From assembly GCA_964601265.1 (NCBI GenBank), contig CAZRMT010000002.1, forward strand, positions 2,560 to 66,559: a DNA stretch of 64,000 bases, in the 5' to 3' direction. The number at the start of each line of letters is the position of its first letter. Position 1 is the stretch's first letter. The notes beneath the pieces are model-generated. The model was not told the origin of the DNA and searched no databases. It saw only the letters and a program-made list of their open reading frames with translations. Made by a program: the position numbers and the translations under genes. Shown here piece after piece: positions 33,860-43,942 of the stretch. The DNA is from an uncultured Christensenella sp. (lineage in GTDB: Bacteria; Bacillota; Clostridia; Christensenellales; Borkfalkiaceae).

Positions 33860-34567
33860 TTATCCTTCGATTAACAAGTCGCTTACGCTTTTCACCGTTA
33901 ATCCCGTATTTTTATAATAATCTAAAATTTTCCCTATTACGCTTGCCGTAACGGAAGAACAATTTAAAAGAACAAAATCTCCGCTCTTAACCGTGGTAGC
34001 ACGCTTAAAAATAGATAATCCCTCATCGTCCGCTAGCGCGTCAACCGTCCACAAAACCGTCTTATATCCGTACTTTTCCGCAATTTTAAGCGTTACGGAA
34101 GAGAAAGAAGCGTTAGGTGGCATAAACAACTTCATCTCATAGGAAGTAATGGCTTTTACTAGCTCATGGTTCGTAACTATCTCTTCTTTCGTAGATTTTT
34201 CGTTAAGCGTTTTAAAATCACGGTTATAAAAACCGTAATTCCCGAGTTCTAATTTTTTTTCAAGTAAATAACGTAAAACGTCTTCGTTGTCGTCAACCCA
34301 ACTACCGCTAACGAAAAAAGTTGCTCCGAAACCGTTTTCGTGTAAAGCGTCGGCAATCTTTTTTATGCCGTCGTTATCGGCTCCGTTATAAACCACAAAC
34401 AACAACGCTATCTCGTTTTTATCGGCATTACCGCTATACACGGCGCAGTAAGTAGAATTAACGCTTATAGGTAAATCTTCTGCAGAATGAAAAGCGGTAA
34501 ATACTACCAACACCACTAAAAACGCAATTATTAAATCCGAAAAACGTCTTTTAAATCTTTCCGACAT
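33860..34567 (-). CDS. Polysaccharide deacetylase (CE4/NodB-like, YlxY-like), membrane-anchored.
   Basis: N-terminal TM segment, GATFFVSGSW and NYGFYNRDF blocks. It sits next to an M16 peptidase, as ylxY-mlpA do in Bacillus. The first catalytic motif looks divergent. Confidence 0.6.
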   Translation of the reverse strand: MSERFKRRFSDLIIAFLVVLVVFTAFHSAEDLPISVNSTYCAVYSGNADKNEIALLFVVYNGADNDGIKKIADALHENGFGATFFVSGSWVDDNEDVLRYLLEKKLELGNYGFYNRDFKTLNEKSTKEEIVTNHELVKAITSYEMKLFMPPNASFSSVTLKIAEKYGYKTVLWTVDALADDEGLSIFKRATTVKSGDFVLLNCSSVTASVIGKILDYYKNTGLTVKSVSDLLIEG

Positions 34568-34657
34568 ATCTTATCCCGTTATTATTTATATATTCTTTAA
34601 CGGAAAAAAATATACCCTATAAAGTTACCTATACAAAGTATCGGCTCTATTCTTTTT

Positions 34658-35575
34658 TTATTGCAAATTTTTGCTTATTTCCATTATTTTACGAAGCCTA
34701 TGATTTAAACAACTTTTGCTGATTTTCAACTTTTCGGCAAGTTCTTCCAGCGTACAATCGGGATTATTCGTTCTTGCAACCGCCACGGCGACGAGTTCTT
34801 CCTTTAAAGCGCCTAACCCTATCGTTTTTTCTATCAGCTCAATCGCCTTGCGTTGACTTATGGAAGCGTTTACTTGCTTTGATATATTAGACATTTCGCA
34901 ATTCATCTGACGGTTAATATTGTTATTTACCTCTCTTTCGCGAAAAACGTCTTTTATCTCAACCATGCTTTTTGTTGCGTCCAACAAATACAGTACGTCT
35001 ATTATTTCTTTTGCCGAATTAAAATATACAACCGTGGTAGAATTTCTTTCCACCGTTTTACTTATTAAATCGAACGAAGCAAGCAAATTGCAAAAATCGT
35101 TTGCAAATACGTAGTTTGAAAAAACAAACTCTAAATGATATCCGTTTTTGGTGCTTTCGGAAGGAATACTCACGTCCCCTACGGCTAAAAACAACGATTT
35201 AATAAATTCACGTTTACAGCAGTCGTTTTCAATAACGTATTTATCTATGGCAAGGTTCACCGACAACCCCTCTTTACAGTCTAATATTCCTACGTCTTGT
35301 AAAACGTTTATGGTTTTTTCAGATAAAAACTTTGCCTTAATCTTTTTTTTGGTAAAAGATATTAACGGTTTTATACCGTATAAAGAATACAAATAACCGA
35401 CGTATAGCCCTAGTATTTCACGATTATCGGCGTTTAAAGAAAATCCGACCTTACCGTTTTCCACTATTAAAGTTCCTGCGCCTTTTATAAATGCGCAAAG
35501 CTCTGCCATTTTACAACACGGCTGTCCGTTGACGGTTTTTATTATTTCTTTTTTTACCTCGTCGGAAAAACTCAT
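34658..35575 (-). CDS. whiA: DNA-binding protein WhiA.
   Basis: MSFSDEVKKEI..CCKMAELCAFIKGAGTL, and a C-terminal HTH ..CTLEELAEKLKISKSCLNHRLRKI. Confidence 0.9.
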   Translation of the reverse strand: MSFSDEVKKEIIKTVNGQPCCKMAELCAFIKGAGTLIVENGKVGFSLNADNREILGLYVGYLYSLYGIKPLISFTKKKIKAKFLSEKTINVLQDVGILDCKEGLSVNLAIDKYVIENDCCKREFIKSLFLAVGDVSIPSESTKNGYHLEFVFSNYVFANDFCNLLASFDLISKTVERNSTTVVYFNSAKEIIDVLYLLDATKSMVEIKDVFREREVNNNINRQMNCEMSNISKQVNASISQRKAIELIEKTIGLGALKEELVAVAVARTNNPDCTLEELAEKLKISKSCLNHRLRKIMEISKNLQ

Positions 35576-36345
35576 AACTTGTCCTTAAAACTTTTAAAAC
35601 GAAATTCCAATTCGTTATCGTTAATATTTTTAATCCTATCCATAGGGAAATCGATTCTTTTAAACAGCTCGTCCGCAAGTAACGTATCCCCCACTCGTGA
35701 AGGCGTGTGTGCATCGGAATCGATAACGAAATTTACGTTTGTGTTTATTACCTTTTGCCATTCATCGTCCGATAAGTGTACCTTTTTCGTGTTTATTTCA
35801 AAATACGTACCGTAATCGGCGCAAGCTTTTGCAACTTCTACTGCGTCCGCAAAAACTAAATAATTGACGTGCGTTAAAATATCTATCGGATTATTTTTTA
35901 TCGCATTTATATACACGGCGGTATTTCTTTTTATCAAAGAAGCCGAAGCCTGTTTTTTAAAGGCGTTTGTAAAAAAATTATTACCGAACAATTTAAACCA
36001 CTCTTTTATTCCGTCGTACAAAATAAACCTATGAACGCCGGCAAGAATCATATCTAATTTTTCGTAATCTTTTTCTTTGACGTCTATTTTACCGCTAATA
36101 CCCAACAAATTGCTCTCTATTCCGAGTTTCACCTTTATACCCGTTTCTTTTTCGGCATTTTCACAGTCGGCTTTCATTTTATCAAGTTTACTTCTTTTCA
36201 TTCCGAATGCCGGATGTGAAAAACCGTGGTCGGAAATCGTTATCCCCTTTAACCCCTTTTCTTTGGCGGAGACAGCGTTGTCTAAAATACTGCCCTTTCC
36301 GTGAGAATACGTTGTATGCGTATGAAAATCGTAATTAAGTTGCAT
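35572..36345 (-). CDS. PHP-domain phosphoesterase (histidinol-phosphatase family).
   Basis: DFHTHTTYSHGKGS, ISDHG and DSDAH metal-ligand motifs. ATGA overlap with whiA. Confidence 0.75.
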   Translation of the reverse strand: MQLNYDFHTHTTYSHGKGSILDNAVSAKEKGLKGITISDHGFSHPAFGMKRSKLDKMKADCENAEKETGIKVKLGIESNLLGISGKIDVKEKDYEKLDMILAGVHRFILYDGIKEWFKLFGNNFFTNAFKKQASASLIKRNTAVYINAIKNNPIDILTHVNYLVFADAVEVAKACADYGTYFEINTKKVHLSDDEWQKVINTNVNFVIDSDAHTPSRVGDTLLADELFKRIDFPMDRIKNINDNELEFRFKSFKDKL

Positions 36346-37213
36346 TGAACTCTCCTATAAATTTTATCTCTTCGTTAAGCATTACGCCTAGCTTTTCATG
36401 TACTTTTTGTTTTACGTACGTTATAAGATTATACACGTCCGAAGCCGTTGCGTTATCGTCTGTTAAAATGTAGTTTGCGTGTTTCTCACTTACTCTTGCT
36501 CCGCCTATACTAAAACCTTTTAGTCCGACTTCGTCTATTAGTTTTCCCGCAAAATAGTCTTCGTTTTTAAAAACGGAACCGCAAGACCTACCTTTTGGCG
36601 ATTTTATTTGTCGTATGCGTTTATAATGCTCTATTTTCCCTATAATGGTTTCGTAATCCCAAGACTTTAAAATAAAACCGACTTCGAAAACAGCTTCTTC
36701 TATAAACCTGCTCGAACGGTAAGAAAAATTACAATTTTCGTTATTATAAACTCCGTTTTCCGCTTTTACGAAAGATACGTAGTCGGATACGTTTTTGTTA
36801 AAACAACCCGCGTTCATACAAACTGCACCGCCGACGCTTGCGGGAATACCGACGGCAAACTCTAATCCGCTTAAAGAATTCTCACTTGCCGTTTTTATTA
36901 AATCCGAAATTTTAACCCCGCATTCGGCAATTATCAAATTGCCTTTCACTGTAATTTTATCTAATCTCGTAGTATTTATCACGACGCCTTTAAACCCGTC
37001 GTCGCTAACAAGTACGTCTGTTCCGTTACCTAAAATAAATAGCGGAAAATCATTTTTTAACGTTAGACACCTTTTAAATTCTTCCGTCGTGTTCGGAAAA
37101 AACATTACTTCGCAATTTCCTCCGACTCCGTAAGAAGTATATTTACCTAAATTTTCTTTAGTCTTATATTCCACACCAAAATCAAAAGAAACGTTTTTTT
37201 GCACGTAACCCAT
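36335..37213 (-). CDS. murB: UDP-N-acetylenolpyruvoylglucosamine reductase.
   Basis: TSYGVGGNCEVMFFP, GNGTDVLVSDDGFKGVVI and GSVFKN. Confidence 0.9.
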   Translation of the reverse strand: MGYVQKNVSFDFGVEYKTKENLGKYTSYGVGGNCEVMFFPNTTEEFKRCLTLKNDFPLFILGNGTDVLVSDDGFKGVVINTTRLDKITVKGNLIIAECGVKISDLIKTASENSLSGLEFAVGIPASVGGAVCMNAGCFNKNVSDYVSFVKAENGVYNNENCNFSYRSSRFIEEAVFEVGFILKSWDYETIIGKIEHYKRIRQIKSPKGRSCGSVFKNEDYFAGKLIDEVGLKGFSIGGARVSEKHANYILTDDNATASDVYNLITYVKQKVHEKLGVMLNEEIKFIGEFNAT

Positions 37214-37279
37214 AGTTACCTCTCCTATTATATCAAATTTTTTATCTTTTTACAATCTTTAGTTTTTCTTTTATTTGTA

Positions 37280-38146
37280 TTATTTAAAAAAAGAAGTAAA
37301 ATTTTCAATAGTAATTTCTTCCAACTTTTCCATGGGCGTTCCTTTATATAAATTTTTCTTCGTCACGGATAACATTCCTATATTCGTAAGTCTTTCTTGC
37401 GTTTCACTAGACAACATATACGATAAAAAACTTTCGCAATACTCAAACTTTTCTTTTTGGGTACAAGTAATAAACATATTTTGAAATAAATCCGAAAAAC
37501 CGTTTAACACTTCATACTCAAAATCTATTCCCTTATTAGAAAGTCTGTAAATATCACGTTGAGTTCCCAACAGCGAACAGTTGCCCTTTAAAAACTGACT
37601 ATACGCTTCTTTCGGCGAATAAACGTCTATCTTTTCAAATTCTTCCGTTCGTTCGCCTAAAGCTTTTAACGGCTCGTTATATTCCCCTTGACCTACCGCA
37701 AGTCTTTTTTTATTTCCGATTAGCACGTATCCGCCGTAACACCAACTTATTCCGTAACTTGTTTTTCCTGCCGAAAGCGTTTTATACTCCGAAGAAAAAG
37801 AAATAGACTGCATATAAGGAATAAAAAAGTCAAGTCCGCTTCCGCAAGAAACAATATCGGGAACCCTATTTTTTATAGCCTCCTCCGCTTCGTATGGAGT
37901 GTAACTTATAACCGAAATAATAACGCCCTTGTGTTTTTTTTCGAATTTTAAAGATGTTTTAAGCAAAAAGTCTTTTCTTGAACCCTTTCCCCCCTCAAAC
38001 GTATCTATGCTCCATAGCTCTAGCACGGCTTTATATTCTTCGCTTTTAACCACGGAATTTTCCGCTTTTATTTTTTTTACGCTTACCGAAAAGGCAAAAA
38101 ACACGCAAAATATACAAGCAAATGCAAAAGCTAGCGTTTTCTTCAT
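37280..38146 (-). CDS. Hypothetical secreted protein, possibly with a periplasmic-binding-protein-like fold.
   Basis: MKKTLAFAFACIFCVFFAFS signal. ATG 38146 is preferred because the longer ORF (to 38176) would run through the hup terminator hairpin. No clear RBS. Confidence 0.55.
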   Translation of the reverse strand: MKKTLAFAFACIFCVFFAFSVSVKKIKAENSVVKSEEYKAVLELWSIDTFEGGKGSRKDFLLKTSLKFEKKHKGVIISVISYTPYEAEEAIKNRVPDIVSCGSGLDFFIPYMQSISFSSEYKTLSAGKTSYGISWCYGGYVLIGNKKRLAVGQGEYNEPLKALGERTEEFEKIDVYSPKEAYSQFLKGNCSLLGTQRDIYRLSNKGIDFEYEVLNGFSDLFQNMFITCTQKEKFEYCESFLSYMLSSETQERLTNIGMLSVTKKNLYKGTPMEKLEEITIENFTSFFK

Positions 38147-38157
38147 AACTATATAAT

Positions 38158-38191
38158 ATGAAAAACAGCTAACCATAATGATTAGCTGTTT
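38158..38191 (-). terminator. Terminator of hup.
   Basis: The hairpin aaacagctaa / ttagctgttt spans 38163..38191. The minus-strand downstream flank is T-rich. Confidence 0.55.
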
Positions 38192-38212
38192 CTACTTTTT
38201 GCAATTTTTTAA

Positions 38213-38488
38213 TTATTTGTTTAAAGCGTCTTTAATTGCCGAGCTGAATTTTAAAACGGGTTTCTTGCAAGCAGCAATAGTGATTTTTTCACCCGTAGCA
38301 GGGTTTACGCCTTGTTTTTCAGCAACGTCTTTTACTTCATAAGAACCAAAGCCGACGAGTTGAATTTTATCTCCTTCAACTAAAGCGTCTTTAACGACGT
38401 CTGCATAAGCGTTTACGAAAGCCTCCGTATCTTTAACGGTTAATCCTGCTTTTTCGGCAATAGCCTTAACAAATTGAGATTTATTCAT
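38213..38488 (-). CDS. hup: Nucleoid protein HU.
   Basis: MNKSQFVKAIAEKAGLTVKDTEAFVNAYADVV..LVGFGSYEVKDVAEKQGVNPATGEKITI. Confidence 0.95.
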   Translation of the reverse strand: MNKSQFVKAIAEKAGLTVKDTEAFVNAYADVVKDALVEGDKIQLVGFGSYEVKDVAEKQGVNPATGEKITIAACKKPVLKFSSAIKDALNK

Positions 38489-38634
38489 AGGTGTCCTCCA
38501 ATTTTTTTATGGGAACATTATATCATATTTTTTTTTATTTTTAAAGACCTTTTTTAAAAAAAATCCCAAAAATAAACCCTTTTTTTGTTTTTTTTCGGTA
38601 TTTTTTGGTGAATAAACCATATTTAGACTATTCT

Positions 38635-40449
38635 TTACAACGATTTTAGCGAAAAATACTTAATAATGGCGTCCGCCGTTTTCTCTCCTATTCCGTCTAC
38701 GCTCATAAGCAACGACTTTTCCGCTTGCGCAACAAGTTTTACCGAACCTATAGTTTTTATTAAATCGGTAGCACGCTTTTTGCCTACGCCCTCTATTTCG
38801 GCAAGTTCGTTTTCCAAAGTTCTTTTATTCCTCAACGAACGGTGATAGGTAATTGCAAATCTATGCGCTTCGTCTCTTATCCGTTGTAATACCCTCAAAG
38901 CGTAATCTCTATGGTTTAAAACAACGGGGTCGTTTGAATGAACGGTATAAATAAGTTCCTCTTTTTTTGCGAGCGATATTAAATCTATATCGCAACCGAA
39001 TTCGTCAAAAATCTCTTTTACCGAAGAAAGTTGACCTTTTCCGCCGTCGATAACGATTAAATCGGGAACGGGAAAATTCTCGTCTTTATCGACAATCTTT
39101 TTTAGTCTTCGTCTTAAAACCTCTTGCAAACAAGAAAAATCGTCGTTGCCCGCCACCGTTTTTATTTTAAACTTTCGGTATTGATTTTTATTGGCTCGTC
39201 CGTTTGAAAAAACCACCATAGAACCGACTTTTTCAGTTCCGCTCGTATGCGAAATATCGTAACATTCCATACGCAAAGGAACTTTTTTTAAGTTGAGTAT
39301 ATCTTTTAAGCGTTCGCAAGCAAGCGTCGTCATATCCCGCTCTCTCACGATTTTACCGATATATCTTTCAAGATAATCTTTTGCATTGGTTAAAGCCATA
39401 TCGGTAAGCAATTTTTTATCGCCTTTTCGGGCATAATTAATTTTTACCTTTTTCCCGCCTAAAAGATAAAAATACTCGCTTAATTCCTCGCTTTCAGGAA
39501 CGGGAAAATTTATTATTATTTCGTCGGGAAACTCTTTCCCTTTAACGTAATACTGCTTTAAAAATGCCGTAATATATTCGTCCGCTCCCGTGTAGCTTCC
39601 CTCCAAAGAAAAGCATCTTCCTCCAAGCGTTTTCCCCGCACGTATCATAAGTATTGCAATAGCGGAAAAAATACCGTTGTCGACATAAGAAATAACGTCG
39701 GCGTTTATAAAACGATTTAAAGACACGATTTTTTTGCCGTCGATTTTTTTTAGCATTTTTAATTTTTCACGATAGCAAAGCGCAAGCTCGAATTGTTCGT
39801 TTTCGGCAAAGCGTTGCATTTTTTCGGTTAAAATTTCTTCGCAGTCGTCCGTTTCTCCGTTTAAAAAATCAATCGCCTTTTTAACTTGTTCTAAATATTC
39901 TTTTTCGTCACAGTAACCTGCACACGGCGCCAAACAAGCTTTTATATGATAATTTAAACATTCTTTACGTTTTTTCTCATCCAACGAATATTTACAAGAA
40001 CGCAAACAATACACGCCGTTTACAACGTCAAGCATATCTTTAACGCTTACCCCGTTCATAAAAGGTCCGAAATATTTAGCTCCGTCTTTTTTTACTTTTC
40101 TGGTAATCTCGAAATACGGAAATTTATTTTTTAAATTTATTTTTAAATAAGGATACGTTTTATCGTCTTTAAGAAGTATATTATATCTCGGTTTATGTTT
40201 TTTTATAAGATTGTTTTCTAAAGTAAAAGCTTCGTTTTCGGTATTTGTAAGGATATAATAAAAATCGGCGACGTTAGACACCATCGCCGTAACTTTTTCG
40301 GGCTTGACGCTAGAATGAAAATATTGTCTAACCCTGTTTTTTAAATTTTTGGCTTTCCCGACATAAATAACGGCGTTATCGGCATTAAGCATAACGTAAA
40401 CGCCTGGGTGGTCGGGTAATAATTTTAATTTTTTTTCAAGCTCGGTCAT
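38635..40449 (-). CDS. uvrC: Excinuclease ABC subunit C.
   Basis: GIY-YIG region PGVYVMLNADNAVIYVGKAKNLKNRVRQY and a C-terminal HhH region; 604 aa. Confidence 0.95.
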   Translation of the reverse strand: MTELEKKLKLLPDHPGVYVMLNADNAVIYVGKAKNLKNRVRQYFHSSVKPEKVTAMVSNVADFYYILTNTENEAFTLENNLIKKHKPRYNILLKDDKTYPYLKINLKNKFPYFEITRKVKKDGAKYFGPFMNGVSVKDMLDVVNGVYCLRSCKYSLDEKKRKECLNYHIKACLAPCAGYCDEKEYLEQVKKAIDFLNGETDDCEEILTEKMQRFAENEQFELALCYREKLKMLKKIDGKKIVSLNRFINADVISYVDNGIFSAIAILMIRAGKTLGGRCFSLEGSYTGADEYITAFLKQYYVKGKEFPDEIIINFPVPESEELSEYFYLLGGKKVKINYARKGDKKLLTDMALTNAKDYLERYIGKIVRERDMTTLACERLKDILNLKKVPLRMECYDISHTSGTEKVGSMVVFSNGRANKNQYRKFKIKTVAGNDDFSCLQEVLRRRLKKIVDKDENFPVPDLIVIDGGKGQLSSVKEIFDEFGCDIDLISLAKKEELIYTVHSNDPVVLNHRDYALRVLQRIRDEAHRFAITYHRSLRNKRTLENELAEIEGVGKKRATDLIKTIGSVKLVAQAEKSLLMSVDGIGEKTADAIIKYFSLKSL

Positions 40450-41764
40450 TTAAAAAATTTATTAAATCCTCTTTTATATTTTTTACTTTTTCGTTTATAA
40501 CTGCGTCAAGCAAAAAGTTTAACGTTTCTCCCGTTTGTTTCCCGCTTATCCCGATTGCGTTAAGGTCGTCGCCGTTAACGGCAAGCATTTTTAAAAAATA
40601 ACATTGATTTTCGCTTTTAATAAGGCTATATATCCGTTTTATCTCGTTTAAATGCTTTAATCTTATCCTTATTGCTTTTTTGCTATGGGCTTTCGTATCG
40701 GCTTCTTGCAAACTTAAAAGCATACCGAATTTTTTATCTCCCAGCTCTCTTAAAGCGGTTTTAACGGCAATGGTATTTTCGGGTAAAACCTCGTCGTGCC
40801 GTTCTATAAGCTTTAAAACCGTAAAATAGGTTTCTTTATCGACTTTCAATCTTTTTAAAACAGGTTTAGCAATCTCTACGCTTACTTTAGGATGCCCGTA
40901 AAAATGCCCTCGACCTTTTTCGTCTAACGTAAAACAATTCGGTTTTCCTATATCGTGTAACAAAAGAGCAAGCCTTATAGTCTTATCTCGCCTTGCCATT
41001 TCCACGCTTTTTGCAATATGCTCGTAAACGGTTAAAGAATGGAACACGCTACGCTGTTCAAAATCGAAACAAGGAACGATCTCCGGAATTATAACGGCAA
41101 TAACCTCTCTGAATTTGGTTAAAACTTCGTAAACGTTATTTCCCGTTAAAATTTTATACAATTCTTCCGTTATGCGTTCAGCCGATATGTTTTTCAACAG
41201 TTCTTTATCGTTAAAAACAGCTTGCTCCGTTTTAAAATCGACTTTAAACGAAAGTTGAGAAGAAAATCGCATAGCTCTAAGTATTCTTAAAGCGTCCTCT
41301 TTAAACCTTTTGCTTGGATCGTTTACACACCTTATAGTTTTATTTTTTAAATCCCTAATTCCGCCGAAATAGTCTATAATGCCTTCTTTTTCGGAATACG
41401 CCAACGCATTAACGGTAAAATCACGCCTCGCTAAATCTTCTTTTAAGTCGCTGACAAACTCCACGGAAGACGGTCGCCTATGGTCTAAATATTCGTTGTC
41501 TTTACGAAACGTCGTCACTTCGTAAATTTTTCCGAAACAAATCACGCCGACGGTTCCGTGTTTTAATCCCGAAAGAACCTTTTTCTCTTTTGAAAAGACC
41601 GAACAAATTTGTTCGGGAAGAGCGGAAGTGGCAATATCCAAGTCGTGACACTTCTTTTTTAATAAAAAATCTCTTACTGCTCCGCCCACGAGATAAGCTT
41701 TAAATCCGTTTGCTATTAACTTGTCCGAAATGTATTTAAAGCCTTTATCCGTTACCATTGTCAC
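40436..41764 (-). CDS. cca: CCA-adding tRNA nucleotidyltransferase with an HD domain.
   Basis: YLVGGAVRDFLL..DLDIAT and LLLHDIGKP. It overlaps uvrC by 14 nt. Confidence 0.85.
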   Translation of the reverse strand: MTMVTDKGFKYISDKLIANGFKAYLVGGAVRDFLLKKKCHDLDIATSALPEQICSVFSKEKKVLSGLKHGTVGVICFGKIYEVTTFRKDNEYLDHRRPSSVEFVSDLKEDLARRDFTVNALAYSEKEGIIDYFGGIRDLKNKTIRCVNDPSKRFKEDALRILRAMRFSSQLSFKVDFKTEQAVFNDKELLKNISAERITEELYKILTGNNVYEVLTKFREVIAVIIPEIVPCFDFEQRSVFHSLTVYEHIAKSVEMARRDKTIRLALLLHDIGKPNCFTLDEKGRGHFYGHPKVSVEIAKPVLKRLKVDKETYFTVLKLIERHDEVLPENTIAVKTALRELGDKKFGMLLSLQEADTKAHSKKAIRIRLKHLNEIKRIYSLIKSENQCYFLKMLAVNGDDLNAIGISGKQTGETLNFLLDAVINEKVKNIKEDLINFLNDRA

Positions 41765-41781
41765 TTAAAAAACGCTCCCGT

Positions 41782-43110
41782 TTATTTTCCGACGCAAAAT
41801 TTAGAAAATATTTCGTCTATTATACTCTCGCTTGCAGTTTCGCCCGTTATTTCTCCGAGTAAAGACCATGTCTCCCTCACGTCGTATTCTATGAGTTCGA
41901 GCGGTACTTCTTCTATATTAAGACATACTTTTTTTATTGAATTATATGCTTTTGTCAATGCCTCGTAATGCCTTTGCTCTATCAAAACGTCGGCGGTTGC
42001 GTCATGCGAATTTCCCATTCCCAAAGCATAAATTCTTTCTTTTAATTCTTTCGTATCTCCCGATAAAGCGGAATATTCTAAATCGTATTTTTCGCTAGAT
42101 ATAACGATTTCTTTATCGGATTTATTACAAACCCTTATACAAGGCACGTCTATTTTAGATAAAATTTTTTCGTCTTCTTCACTTAAAGGCTCGCTTCCGT
42201 CCATAATAAATAACGCAAGGTCACATTCTCCCAAAACCTTTCGAGAACGCTCTATGCCTATTTTTTCGACTTCGTCTTGACTTTCTCTTATTCCGGCGGT
42301 ATCGTAAAGAACAAACTTAACGCCGTTTATATCCAACTCTCCCTCGACCACGTCCCTAGTAGTTCCCGCAACCGAAGTCACTATCGCTTTATCGCAATCG
42401 AGTAAACTGTTTAATATAGACGATTTACCCGTATTGGGTTTGCCGGCCAACGCCACTTTTACACCGTTTTTAATTCTGCTTCCGCTATTATAGGAAGAAA
42501 GCGTTTGTTCAAGCCTTTCCTTTATGTTTTCGCAAGTGGTTTTTAGTTTATAGGTGGCGGTTTCCTCTAACCCCTCTTCTGGATAATCGATATTAGCGTC
42601 CATTTCGGCAAGGCAATCCTTTAACTCGAGTTGCATTTCGGAAACTCTTTTACATAATCTTTCTCTGTACAAGGAATACCCCGCCTTAACTTGCGAAACG
42701 TACTCCGAATTTATCATGTCGATAAGCCCTTCGCAAGAAGAAAGCGAAAGTTTCCCGTTTAAAAACGCACGCTTGGTAAATTCGCCGTTCGTGGCGCCTC
42801 TTGCCCCTAGCGAAAAGGTTTTACTTAATATCCCTCTGGTAATGGCTATACCGCCGTGACAGTGGAATTCCACCGTGTCCTCGCCCGTAAAAGAACGGGG
42901 GGCATGAAACACGACCATCATTCCGAAATCTTTAAAATCTCCGCCATCTATTTCGCCTACGTACATTACGTTGGGAATATATTCTTCTACTTTTTTAAGC
43001 GGAAAAAACATCTTTTCCGCAAGAGAAATCGAACCTTTTCCGCTTATTCTTATTATTGCGACTCCGCCTACGCCGTTCGCCGTAGAAATCGCTGAAATTA
43101 TATCGTTCAT
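41782..43110 (-). CDS. mnmE: tRNA modification GTPase MnmE.
   Basis: GKPNTGKSSILN, DTAGIR and the C-terminal FCVGK motif. Confidence 0.95.
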   Translation of the reverse strand: MNDIISAISTANGVGGVAIIRISGKGSISLAEKMFFPLKKVEEYIPNVMYVGEIDGGDFKDFGMMVVFHAPRSFTGEDTVEFHCHGGIAITRGILSKTFSLGARGATNGEFTKRAFLNGKLSLSSCEGLIDMINSEYVSQVKAGYSLYRERLCKRVSEMQLELKDCLAEMDANIDYPEEGLEETATYKLKTTCENIKERLEQTLSSYNSGSRIKNGVKVALAGKPNTGKSSILNSLLDCDKAIVTSVAGTTRDVVEGELDINGVKFVLYDTAGIRESQDEVEKIGIERSRKVLGECDLALFIMDGSEPLSEEDEKILSKIDVPCIRVCNKSDKEIVISSEKYDLEYSALSGDTKELKERIYALGMGNSHDATADVLIEQRHYEALTKAYNSIKKVCLNIEEVPLELIEYDVRETWSLLGEITGETASESIIDEIFSKFCVGK

Positions 43111-43928
43111 CAGTTAAACATATCGTCGTCGGACGACTCGTTTCCACTATAGGAAGAATTATCGTTCTGATTTACAGTATTAAACTCACTAAAAGGCTCA
43201 TCCTTCGGATTAACTTTTCCAAAATCATTAAACGGAGAATTTTCATTGTTTTGTCTAGGCGAATTATTAGCTCTCGGAGGAACGTTGGTATAATACACGT
43301 ATCTTCTTGCATAATCGGCTTTCGGCGCATTTCTATAAACGAATACGAAAATCGGGAATAATCCGCTAAAGAAAATACAAAGCACGGTCATAAGCCAATA
43401 TTTTCCCGTTCTTTGACGGAAAAAATCGTACATTAAAAAATAAAGCAAAAAGCTAGACGCAAAAGTTAATATTTCAACCAAATACATATAATTATTTTCA
43501 GATTTTAAAATATAATTATCTACGTTCCAAGCGTCCTTTTTAAGAAAAAGAAGTTTTATGGTCGTGTTGTAATACTGTATCGTATTTAAAACAACGGAAC
43601 ACAAAAAACTACCTGCTGTAAGAGAAACCAATAATATTGTGAACGTTTTCTTTTTCATCCAACATATTTTTTCCGCATTGGAAGAGTTTAACAACACAAT
43701 AAACTGTGCAAACGGAATCCACGCAAGCCAAGTTTTACTCATTCCTTCTCGTTTTGCAATTTTTCTTACACCAAACGAAATAAAGAAGTATAAACATAGC
43801 ATTAAACTTGCGTAAAGAATAACCGTCATCCAAGCAAAAGCTTTATATTTAAATAAGCTCCACTCTAAATCCGACGCGTCTACAAATGCTTTAATATAGA
43901 GTATAACAGTATTTACTGTACTAAGCAT
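43110..43928 (-). CDS. Hypothetical polytopic membrane protein with an Asn/Ser-rich disordered C-terminal tail.
   Basis: 272 aa. The segment GMSKTWLAWIPFAQFIVL resembles DUF5684-type small membrane proteins. Its stop overlaps the mnmE ATG (TGATG). Confidence 0.55.
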   Translation of the reverse strand: MLSTVNTVILYIKAFVDASDLEWSLFKYKAFAWMTVILYASLMLCLYFFISFGVRKIAKREGMSKTWLAWIPFAQFIVLLNSSNAEKICWMKKKTFTILLVSLTAGSFLCSVVLNTIQYYNTTIKLLFLKKDAWNVDNYILKSENNYMYLVEILTFASSFLLYFLMYDFFRQRTGKYWLMTVLCIFFSGLFPIFVFVYRNAPKADYARRYVYYTNVPPRANNSPRQNNENSPFNDFGKVNPKDEPFSEFNTVNQNDNSSYSGNESSDDDMFN

Positions 43929-43942
43929 ATTCCCTCCTAAAT